In this document: in pieces, positions 52,882 through 61,342 of the stretch | Position numbering within the stretch: position 1 is the first letter of the stretch | Layout of the letters: each line of letters begins with the position of its first letter | NCBI GenBank assembly: GCA_963718235.1 | Contig: CAVQYR010000001.1 | Location: 2,080,001-2,144,000 of the forward strand | From: an uncultured Actinomycetota bacterium | GTDB lineage: Bacteria > Actinomycetota > Actinomycetes > JAHEKZ01 | Length of the DNA stretch: 64,000 nt | Direction of reading: 5' to 3' | Made by a program: the position numbers and the translations under genes | The notes under the pieces: generated by a model | The model's database searches: none | Seen by the model: only the letters and a program-made list of their open reading frames with translations | What the model was told of the DNA's origin: nothing

Positions 52882-55389
52882 ATGGGTCGGTTGTCACAGT
52901 GGGCGGTACGCCGTCCGTGGTACGCGCTGCTGACCTGGGTGCTCCTGATGGTCGTCGTCGGGGTGGTCGGTACCCAGTGGGGCGGCAGCTACAACGACAA
53001 CTTCGAGCTCCCCGACACCGAGTCCACCACCGCCCAGGACCTGCTCGGGCAGCTGTCCGGCGGCGCCGGCACCGGGGCGGGGCTCGACGGCCAGGTCGTG
53101 TGGACCTCTGAGTCCGGGAACGCCACCGACGCGCCCACCGCGGCCGCCATGACGGCGGTGTTCGACGAGCTCGCCCAGGCACCCGGGGTGGCGTGCGTGA
53201 CCACTCCCTTTGGTGACCCGCAGGGCTCCGCGTGCCCCCCGGCGCCACCGAGCCAGGACGGCGCGGGCGAACCGGGCCAAGGGGGACAGCCCGACGCCGA
53301 GCCGGGTGGCGCGCAGGGTGACGGCTCCGGCCAGCCACCGTCGGCTGAAGCACTCGGAGCGCTGGCGCACTTCGGCCAGGCCGGGGTCAGCCCCGACGGG
53401 TCGGTGGCCTATGGGACGGTCACATTCACCGGGTCGACCTTCGACGACGTCGACACCCAACAGCTGACCGATGCGCTGGATCTCGTCAAGGCCCAGGACG
53501 GCGAGGATGGGCTGGAGGTCGGCGCGAACGGCATCTTCGGGTTCGTGGCCGGCGAGCCACCGTCGTCGGAGGGCATCGGGGTCACCGTCGCCCTGGTGAT
53601 CCTGCTGTTCGCGTTCGGCTCGATCCTCGGGGCGTTCCTGCCGATCGTCTCCGCCGTCCTGTCAGTGGCGCTGACCACGGCGTTCGCACTTCCTCTGGTG
53701 GCCCGGTACTTCGACGTCGCCACCTTCGCCCCGATCCTCGCGTCGATGATCGGCCTCGGCGTCGGTATCGACTACTCGTTGTTCGTCATCAACCGCTACC
53801 GCGACGCGATGATCCACGGGCGCGAGCCGCGCGAGGCAGCGCTGGAGTCGGTGCGCACCTCGGGGCGAGCCGTCCAGTTCGCCGCGGCCACGGTGATCAT
53901 CGCGCTACTCGGCCTGTTCGTGCTGCAGATCACCTTCTTCAACGGCATTGCGGTTTCCGCGGCCGTCACCGTCTTCATGGTCATGCTCGGCGCGCTGCTC
54001 CTGCTGCCCGCGGTGCTCGGCATCCTCGGCACGTGGGCCTTCGTCGGGCGCATGGCGTGGATCAAGGACGAGGAGGCCCTTCCACGCAAGCGGCTGTCCG
54101 GTGTCCCGCACGCGCTCGGCCGGTTCATGCGCTGGCTCGGCTGGGTGCTCTACCTGCCCGTGACGTTGATCGGGCTGCTGTGGCGGGCCGTCGTCCACCG
54201 CGGCAAGGCGCCAGATCCCACGCGACCCAACGGCTTCGCGCGCTACGGAAACTGGCTGCAGCACCGACCGTGGGTGACCGGAATCCTGGCCCTCGCGGTC
54301 ATGCTCATCATCGCGATCCCGCTGCTCTCGCTGCGCCAAGGCTTCTCCGACGACTCCGGCGCCCCCGAGGGCAGCCCGCCGCGCATCGCCTACGACCTCA
54401 CCGCACAGGGCTTCGGGCCGGGGGTCAACGGCCCGTTCTACATCGCGGTGAAGCTGCCCGAGGCCGGCGACCAGGCGTCGGTCACGGCCCTGACCGACGC
54501 ACTGAACACCACTCCGGGAGTCGCCCTCGCGGTGGCGCCGCCCGTCGCACCCGATGCCACGGTCGCCCCGATCCAGCTGTACCCGACGACCGCCCCGCAG
54601 GACGAGGCGACCACCCAGCTGCTCAACGAGCTTCGTGACACGGTGATCCCGGAGGCGACCGCCGACTCCGGGGCCCAGGCCTACGTGGGCGGCTTCCAGG
54701 CCGTGACCGCCGACTTCACCGACGTGCTGTCCTCGGCGCTCCCCTGGTTCCTGCTGGTCGTCGTCGGGCTGGGCTTCCTGGCCCTCGTCGTGCTGTTCCG
54801 GTCGATCCTCGTGCCACTCATGGGGGTACTGTTCAGCCTGCTCAGCTTCGGCGCCGCGATGGGCATCACCGTCGCAGTCTTCCAGTGGGGCTGGTTCGCC
54901 GACCTGATCAACGTGCAGTCGACCGGCCCGATCTTCCCGTTCCTGCCGATCATGGTCTTCTCGATCCTGTTCGGCCTGTCCTGCGACTACCAGGTCTTCC
55001 TGGTCAGCCGTATGCACGAGGAGTGGACGGTCAGCCAGGACAACCGCCGCGCAGTGCGACGCGGTCTGGCCGGCTCCGGTCGCGTCGTGGCGATCGCCGC
55101 GGCGATCATGACCAGCGTCTTCGGCGCCTTCGTGCTCGGCAACGACGCGACGATCAAGCTGTTCGGCGTCGCACTGTCGACGGCGGTGCTGCTCGACGCG
55201 TTCATCGTTCGGCTCGTGCTGGTGCCGTCGGTCATGACGATTCTCGGCCCGGTCAACTGGTGGCTGCCCGGTTGGCTGTCCAAGGTGCTCCCGCACGTCA
55301 GTGTCGAGTCCGAGGAGGACGCGCTGGCCGGCGACGCCGAGATCGTCGACATCGCGGACGCCGAAGACGACCTGGCGGTCAAGGCCTGA
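52882..55389 (+). CDS. MMPL (RND) family transporter
   Basis: GLGVGIDYSLF, GFGPGVNGP, LFGLSCDYQVFLVSRM, DAFIVRLVLVP; AGGAGG RBS. Confidence 0.93.
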   Translation: MGRLSQWAVRRPWYALLTWVLLMVVVGVVGTQWGGSYNDNFELPDTESTTAQDLLGQLSGGAGTGAGLDGQVVWTSESGNATDAPTAAAMTAVFDELAQAPGVACVTTPFGDPQGSACPPAPPSQDGAGEPGQGGQPDAEPGGAQGDGSGQPPSAEALGALAHFGQAGVSPDGSVAYGTVTFTGSTFDDVDTQQLTDALDLVKAQDGEDGLEVGANGIFGFVAGEPPSSEGIGVTVALVILLFAFGSILGAFLPIVSAVLSVALTTAFALPLVARYFDVATFAPILASMIGLGVGIDYSLFVINRYRDAMIHGREPREAALESVRTSGRAVQFAAATVIIALLGLFVLQITFFNGIAVSAAVTVFMVMLGALLLLPAVLGILGTWAFVGRMAWIKDEEALPRKRLSGVPHALGRFMRWLGWVLYLPVTLIGLLWRAVVHRGKAPDPTRPNGFARYGNWLQHRPWVTGILALAVMLIIAIPLLSLRQGFSDDSGAPEGSPPRIAYDLTAQGFGPGVNGPFYIAVKLPEAGDQASVTALTDALNTTPGVALAVAPPVAPDATVAPIQLYPTTAPQDEATTQLLNELRDTVIPEATADSGAQAYVGGFQAVTADFTDVLSSALPWFLLVVVGLGFLALVVLFRSILVPLMGVLFSLLSFGAAMGITVAVFQWGWFADLINVQSTGPIFPFLPIMVFSILFGLSCDYQVFLVSRMHEEWTVSQDNRRAVRRGLAGSGRVVAIAAAIMTSVFGAFVLGNDATIKLFGVALSTAVLLDAFIVRLVLVPSVMTILGPVNWWLPGWLSKVLPHVSVESEEDALAGDAEIVDIADAEDDLAVKA

Positions 55390-55517
55390 GCGGTCAGGAC
55401 ACGCTCTCCTGCACGTGGGCGGACTGCCACCGTTTCAGCTCGGCCAGCCAGCCGAGGGCACCGATCTCCTGGTACGTCTGCGCGGCGTGCCGGAGCGACC
55501 GGTGCGCGTGGGTCCGA

Positions 55518-56225
55518 TCAGGGGACGAGGGCGACCACGCGGGCCGGGAAGCCCGACCCGTCGACGATCCGCGGCACACCGACGACCACCCAGGCGCCGG
55601 TCGGGGGAACCTGGTCGAGGTTCACCAGGTTCTCCAGGTGCCACACGCCACGGGGCAGGGACACGTCCTGGTGCACCGGGGTGTCGAACGCCGACCCCGG
55701 GTCGATACCCAGCGTGTCGACGCCCAGCCCCACAACACCACGGTCCTCGACGAGCAGCCGGGCAGCAGGCACCCCGAACCCGGGGAAGTGCAGGTCCCGA
55801 GGGTCCTCGGTGCGGCTCCCCCGGTACGACGCCACGTCGTGGCGCCGTGCGTCCCACCCGGTGCGCAGGAACACGGCTGAGCCCGTCGGGACCCAGCCGT
55901 GGAGTTGCTCGTGGGCAGTGACGTGCTCGACCGTGAGCACGGCGTCGGCGTCGTCGCCGATCTCGGCGGAGATGTCGATCACCACGACCGGGCGGACCAG
56001 CTGGTCGGCCGGGATGTCCGCCACCGAGAGCCCTCCCGGGGCGTAGTGGCACGGCGCATCCAGGTGAGTGCCGACGTGCTCAGGCAGGCTGAGCCGGCGG
56101 CTGTACGACGTGCCGGTGTCGAAGGAGTCCACCACCTGGGCCTCGATCGGGGACTCCCCCGGCCACAGCACGGTGTCACCCGACAGGGGCGCTGACAGGT
56201 CAACCACGGTCGCGTTGCTCAGCAT
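55518..56225 (-). CDS. cyclase family metal-dependent hydrolase (kynurenine formamidase-like)
   Basis: EHVGTHLDAPCH, RTGW, GVDTLGID, HLENL, GSGFPARV. Confidence 0.9.
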   Translation of the reverse strand: MLSNATVVDLSAPLSGDTVLWPGESPIEAQVVDSFDTGTSYSRRLSLPEHVGTHLDAPCHYAPGGLSVADIPADQLVRPVVVIDISAEIGDDADAVLTVEHVTAHEQLHGWVPTGSAVFLRTGWDARRHDVASYRGSRTEDPRDLHFPGFGVPAARLLVEDRGVVGLGVDTLGIDPGSAFDTPVHQDVSLPRGVWHLENLVNLDQVPPTGAWVVVGVPRIVDGSGFPARVVALVP

Positions 56226-56281
56226 CCGCCCAGTGTGCCCGCTCACCGCCCTTTCGCGCCCGATCCGGCCCGATTCGGGCG

Positions 56282-57103
56282 CTATCGGGCGCGAACGGCC
56301 TGCAGGGTGTAGCTGGCGGCCAGGCGCCACGGCCGCTCGGACAAGCGGAACTCACCGTTCTCGAGCCGGTCCATCCGTCCGGGCAGGGCATCCCAGGGGA
56401 CGGTGTCGTGCTCGACGAGCGAGGTGAGCTGCATCCCCGCCTCGTGCAGGGCGGTCACGACCTCGCCGAGCCCATGGTTCCAGCTGTGGGTCACGTTCTG
56501 GGTGAAGGTGCGGTCGGTCTCCACGTATGTCCCGGGGTCGTCGTCGACGAGCGGCTCGGGACGCTCGAAGTAGGGGTAGTCGACGACGAGCCCCTCCTGC
56601 ATCTCGTCGAGCGCCCAGAGCATGGGGTGGCCCTCGCGGATGAACAGCCGGCCTCCAGGACGCAGGAGCTGCGCGACGACGCTCGCCCACCGGCGGATGT
56701 CGGGCAACCAGCACAGGGCACCGACGCCGGTGAAGACGAGGTCGAACGTACGGCCCGCGAGGGCGGCAGGCGCGTCGTAGACGTCGGACCGGACGTAGTC
56801 GATCGCTGTCCCACACGCTTCGGCGATCCTGCGTGCCTCCCCCAACGAGGCCGCCGAGAAGTCCAGCCCGGTCATCCGCGCCCCGAGCCGGGCCAGCGAC
56901 AGGGTGTCGGTGCCGATGTGGCACTGGAGGTGGACACCGCTCAGGCCGGCGATGTCGCCCAGGAGCCGGCGGTCGAACGCGACGACGTGGCTCAGGTAGG
57001 TCGGGTCGGTCAGAAAGCGCTCGACGGCGTAGTCCGGAGACGCGGCATGGGCGTTCGCGCGGTCGTCCCAGTTGGCTGCGTTCACGACTCGGTAGTCATC
57101 CAT
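56282..57103 (-). CDS. class I SAM-dependent methyltransferase
   Basis: VHLQCHIGTDTLSL, GLDFS, GALCWLPD, LRPGGRL. Confidence 0.9.
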   Translation of the reverse strand: MDDYRVVNAANWDDRANAHAASPDYAVERFLTDPTYLSHVVAFDRRLLGDIAGLSGVHLQCHIGTDTLSLARLGARMTGLDFSAASLGEARRIAEACGTAIDYVRSDVYDAPAALAGRTFDLVFTGVGALCWLPDIRRWASVVAQLLRPGGRLFIREGHPMLWALDEMQEGLVVDYPYFERPEPLVDDDPGTYVETDRTFTQNVTHSWNHGLGEVVTALHEAGMQLTSLVEHDTVPWDALPGRMDRLENGEFRLSERPWRLAASYTLQAVRAR

Positions 57104-57329
57104 GCCCGAACCGTGCCACATCTACGCCGTCCCGCGCCGCGGACTTTCGGGCTGAGGCCGGGCTACGACGCCGGGTCTACCCGGAGACCCCGGCCGGAAG
57201 GCCGGACTCAAGTACGCGCCGCGACCTGCCGACCTCTGTTGAAGGGCGGGTCTGATCGGGGCGCGCCAGCAGAGGTGCACCGCACTCGGGGGAGCCGCGG
57301 GCGCCATTCCTAGGACAGAAGGGTCCGCC

Positions 57330-57830
57330 ATGCACGCCAACCGCAAGCGTTTCACTCTGATCGCCTCCACGATGGCCGCGGTCCTGGTCGGTGGCGGCGT
57401 GGCCGTCGCCTTCTGGACGACCACCGGCACCGGAACCGGAGCCGGCACAGTCGGCGCCGGTACCACGCAGGTGACCGTCGTCCAGGACTCCACCGTCTCC
57501 GGGCTCGTTCCCGGCGGCCCGGCCCAGGACCTCGACTTCACCGTCAGCAACCCCACAAGTGGTCCGCTGCAGATCAGCGGTGTCTCGGTCTCGGTCGCCG
57601 TCGCCAGCTCACCGGGTACCTGTACTCCGGCTGACTTCTCAGTGACCCAGCCATCGAAGCCCTCCGGCGGCACGCCGCTCCAGGTCCCGGCCGGTGGGTC
57701 GCTGTCCTTCACCTCTGCCGGTGTCGGAGCCACCGGTGGTACCGGTGCCGAGATCGCCATGGTTAACAGCGGCTCGAACCAGAACGGCTGCAAGGGCGCC
57801 ACGCTCGACCTGACCTACACCGTCAGCTGA
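57330..57830 (+). CDS. secreted TasA/CalY-like putative fibre subunit
   Basis: Signal ending GGVAVA followed by FWTTTGTGTG; GLVPG...FTVSNP; Cys pair; NQNGCKGATLDLTY. Confidence 0.7.
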   Translation: MHANRKRFTLIASTMAAVLVGGGVAVAFWTTTGTGTGAGTVGAGTTQVTVVQDSTVSGLVPGGPAQDLDFTVSNPTSGPLQISGVSVSVAVASSPGTCTPADFSVTQPSKPSGGTPLQVPAGGSLSFTSAGVGATGGTGAEIAMVNSGSNQNGCKGATLDLTYTVS

Positions 57831-57842
57831 CCCCGCACCGCC

Positions 57843-58400
57843 ATGTCGGAGGGCAGGGATCGCCAGGTCCAACCTGGGTCGATCCCTGCCCTCCGACGGC
57901 TGCGGCCGGTTCCCTGGGTCGTGATGACGGGCTTGGTCCTCAGCCTTCTCGTCGGATCAATCGGGCACACCGACCCCCGCCCACCGAGCAGCGCGGCACC
58001 CCCTGACGGAGTCATCCTCGGCTTCGACGACTCCGCATCGGCGGCCCAACGGGCGAAGCCCCACCTGTCCCTGAAGTCGAAGGTGCTGAACGGCCCGCTC
58101 GTCCCAGGAATCTCGCGACCGCTGGTCGTCACGGTCAAGAACCCCTTCGGGTTCTCGGTCAAGGTGACCTCGGTCAAGGCGGTCACCCGAACCACGTCCG
58201 TCGCCGGGTGCACCCGCGGGTGGTTCAAGGTCAAGCCGTTCAAGTCCAGCAAGAAGCGTCCACCCCTGTCCGTGCGTGCCCACAAACGCGCGAGCCTGAA
58301 GATGAAGATCCGCATGGTCAACCTGCTCACGGTGAACCAGGACGCGTGCAAGTCGGCCACGTTCCAGCTCGCCCTCTCGGCCAAGGCCAGGCGGGCATGA
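57843..58400 (+). CDS. membrane-anchored/secreted basic paralog of the upstream subunit
   Basis: N-terminal hydrophobic helix; LVPG...TVKNP...CT...MVN...NQDACKSATF aligns with 57330. Confidence 0.7.
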   Translation: MSEGRDRQVQPGSIPALRRLRPVPWVVMTGLVLSLLVGSIGHTDPRPPSSAAPPDGVILGFDDSASAAQRAKPHLSLKSKVLNGPLVPGISRPLVVTVKNPFGFSVKVTSVKAVTRTTSVAGCTRGWFKVKPFKSSKKRPPLSVRAHKRASLKMKIRMVNLLTVNQDACKSATFQLALSAKARRA

Positions 58401-61342
58401 GCGGATCCGTTGTCGCCGGCAGCCTGCGCGCCCGCGCCTTGTGGCTGCTCGCCGCCACCTTCGCGGCCACGGCCCTTCTCGCCATGGGCGCAACCATCGC
58501 CTGGGCCCACTGGGGAACGGCCGGCTCGGGCGACGGAACGGCCAGCGTCGCGACGCTGGACTCACCAGCGACCGTCTCCGTCTCGTCGACCACGTCGACG
58601 GTCTCGGTGTCCTGGTCAGCGGTCACTCCCCCGACGGGAACGCTCGCCGGCTACTACGTCACGAGGTACTCCGGCTCCACCCCGCTCTTCGCGTGTGGCA
58701 CAGACCCGGGTACACCGGCAACGTTCGTCAGCGGTACGACATGCGACGACACGGGCGTGGTCGACGGCACGTACACCTACCGCGTGACCGCAGTGTTCCG
58801 CACCTGGACGGCCACCAGCGGTGACAGCAACGTCGTCACGGTGGTGGGCGATGCGCTCCTCCCGTCCCAGTCGGTGGCCATGGCCCCAGGGGCGGTCAAC
58901 GCCGCCCTCACCGGCGCCACGATCTACTACCGGAGCGCGGCACCGGGAAGCTTCGCGATGGTCTCCACCGTCAGCGACGGCGAGTCCGGCCCGGCCTCGG
59001 CCACGTTCCCCGCCGTCAGTGCGTCCGGCTGGTCGCACGCGGCCGAGACGGTCAGCTCCGGCGTGCCCTCCGGCCCAGGGATTGCGTACACGAGCAGCAG
59101 CTACACCTGGACGGCGGGGGCCGTCGTCCCCGGGGCTCACTCGATCGTCGGGCGAGACGCGTCCGGCAACACCGTGACCACGACCCTCTCCTTCGCTGCC
59201 GACGACACCGCTCCCACGGGTGGGGCGCTCGTCGTGAACGGCGTCGCAGCAACGGCTGGTGGATCGACCAGCAGCGCGCGCGCCGCGTTCACGATCGGCG
59301 CCCGGACCGACTACGCCACCGATACCGGATCGGGCGTCTCCACCAGCACCTTGGTCCGTGAGTCCGCGACGCTGATCAACGGCACGTGCGGCGTGTTCGG
59401 CACCCCGGTCACGCTCGTGGGTGCGCCTGCCCAGTCAGGTCTCACGACCGCCTGCTACCGGTACACCCTCACCGGCACCGACCAGGTCGGCAACGCCACG
59501 AGCATCTCAACGATCGTCAGGTACGACGCGACCGCGCCGACCCAGACCGTCACCATGTCGGCGGCGACGAACGCCTCGATGACGGGGACGGTCATCTACT
59601 ACCGTGGCAGCGTTCCCGGGTCGTTCGTCCTGAACGCTGCCGTGACCGACCCGGCGTCCGGCCCGGCGTCGGTGACGTTCCCCGTGCAGAGCACCGCGGG
59701 CTGGACCCACCCCGCACAGACTGTCACGACAGGGACGGGGACAGCACCGACGATCACCTACTCGTCCACTACGTTCTCGTGGACGGCGGCCCCGACCCGC
59801 CCGGGTACGTACACGGTTACGGGACGAGACGGCGCTGCCAACACCGTGACGACTGCGCTGACCTGGAGGTCGGACACCACCGTGCCCGGTGGCAGCGCGC
59901 TCACCGTGAACGGAGTCGCCGCAAGCAACGCCGGGTCCACGAGCTTCAACCGAACCGGCTCGTTCACCATCGGGACCCGCACCGACTACACGGACACGGG
60001 CTCCGGCATCGCCTCGAGCATCTTGACCGTGCAGTCAGCGACCTTGACCAACAACGTCTGCGGCACCTACGGGTCAGCGACGGTGCTGACCGGAGCACCG
60101 GCCCAGTCGGGGCTGACCACGGGATGCTGGCGCTACGTGCTGACCGGGACCGACAAGGTCGGCAACGTGACCAGCCGCTCGACCACGGTCAAGGTCGACC
60201 AAGTGGCGCCCACGGGCGGCGCACTGACGGTCAACGGCACCGCAGCCAGCACGTCCGGGTCCACGAGCGGCGCCCGGACCACCTTCCCGATCGACGTCCG
60301 GACCGACTTCACCGACGCCGAGTCGGGCATCTCGACCAGCACGCTCACCAGGGCGTCGGCGACGTACTCCGCCGGCACCTGCGGCACCTACGGCGCGGCG
60401 ACGACCTTGACCGGGGCGCCCAGCCAGACCGGCCTGACCACCGCCTGCTACCGGTACACGCTGACCGGAACCGACCGGGCCGGCAACGCCACCGCGGTGT
60501 CGACGGTCGTGAGGTACGACTCGACGCTCCCGACCGGAGGCGCGCTGACGGTCAACGGGGTCGCCGCCTCGGCCGGCGGCAGCACCAGCACCTCGACCGC
60601 GCCGTCATTCACCATCGGCACCCGCACCGACTACACCGATGCCGGCTCCGGGCTCGCCTCGACCGTGCTGACCCGTGAGTTCGCCACGCTGACCGGTGCC
60701 ACCTGCGGCACCTATGGCGCGCCGACCGTCATCGCCGGCAACCCGGCTCAGTCGGGCCTGGCCACCGGGTGCTACCGGTACACGCTGACCGGAACAGACA
60801 ACGCCGGCAACGTCGCGTCGCTGACGACGACCGTCAGCGTGCGCCCGTACGTGACCGCGTTGTCTCTCGTCAGCGGTGGCGCCATCGCCGGTCGCGTCGA
60901 CGCTGGTGACCGAGTCGTCGTCACCTTCTCCGACACGATGGCCGTCGCCAGCATCTGCTCCACCTGGAGCGGCAACGGCGCCGACCAGCTGCTCAACGGT
61001 GACAACCAGGTCTCGGTCACCCTGACCAACGGCGGCGCCGGGAACGACACGATGACCGTCTCGTCGAGCGCCTGCGTCTTCTCGTTCGGCACGATCAACC
61101 TCGGCTCGACTGCCTACACCACGACCAACGTCACGTTCGCCGGGGCAGCGGCCAACAAGAGCACGGCTGCCTGGAGCGCCAGCGGACGGCAGCTCACGAT
61201 CACCCTGGGTGCGGCCTCCGGTGCGGGTGCCGCCACGGTGACCAGCAGCACCCCCGTGTACACGCCGGCCGCGGCGCTGACCAACCCCAGCGCCGTGCCT
61301 GTGGGCGGCACCTTCACCGGGGCTGCGGCGCGTCAGTTCTGA
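58397..61342 (+). CDS. large secreted Thr/Ser/Gly-rich multi-Ig-repeat adhesin-like protein
   Basis: ATGA overlap; signal peptide followed by HWGTAGSGDG; Fn3-like YTYRVTAV; repeated D.TAP...GGAL.VNG...CYRYTLTGTD.AGN modules. Confidence 0.82.
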   Translation: MSGSVVAGSLRARALWLLAATFAATALLAMGATIAWAHWGTAGSGDGTASVATLDSPATVSVSSTTSTVSVSWSAVTPPTGTLAGYYVTRYSGSTPLFACGTDPGTPATFVSGTTCDDTGVVDGTYTYRVTAVFRTWTATSGDSNVVTVVGDALLPSQSVAMAPGAVNAALTGATIYYRSAAPGSFAMVSTVSDGESGPASATFPAVSASGWSHAAETVSSGVPSGPGIAYTSSSYTWTAGAVVPGAHSIVGRDASGNTVTTTLSFAADDTAPTGGALVVNGVAATAGGSTSSARAAFTIGARTDYATDTGSGVSTSTLVRESATLINGTCGVFGTPVTLVGAPAQSGLTTACYRYTLTGTDQVGNATSISTIVRYDATAPTQTVTMSAATNASMTGTVIYYRGSVPGSFVLNAAVTDPASGPASVTFPVQSTAGWTHPAQTVTTGTGTAPTITYSSTTFSWTAAPTRPGTYTVTGRDGAANTVTTALTWRSDTTVPGGSALTVNGVAASNAGSTSFNRTGSFTIGTRTDYTDTGSGIASSILTVQSATLTNNVCGTYGSATVLTGAPAQSGLTTGCWRYVLTGTDKVGNVTSRSTTVKVDQVAPTGGALTVNGTAASTSGSTSGARTTFPIDVRTDFTDAESGISTSTLTRASATYSAGTCGTYGAATTLTGAPSQTGLTTACYRYTLTGTDRAGNATAVSTVVRYDSTLPTGGALTVNGVAASAGGSTSTSTAPSFTIGTRTDYTDAGSGLASTVLTREFATLTGATCGTYGAPTVIAGNPAQSGLATGCYRYTLTGTDNAGNVASLTTTVSVRPYVTALSLVSGGAIAGRVDAGDRVVVTFSDTMAVASICSTWSGNGADQLLNGDNQVSVTLTNGGAGNDTMTVSSSACVFSFGTINLGSTAYTTTNVTFAGAAANKSTAAWSASGRQLTITLGAASGAGAATVTSSTPVYTPAAALTNPSAVPVGGTFTGAAARQF

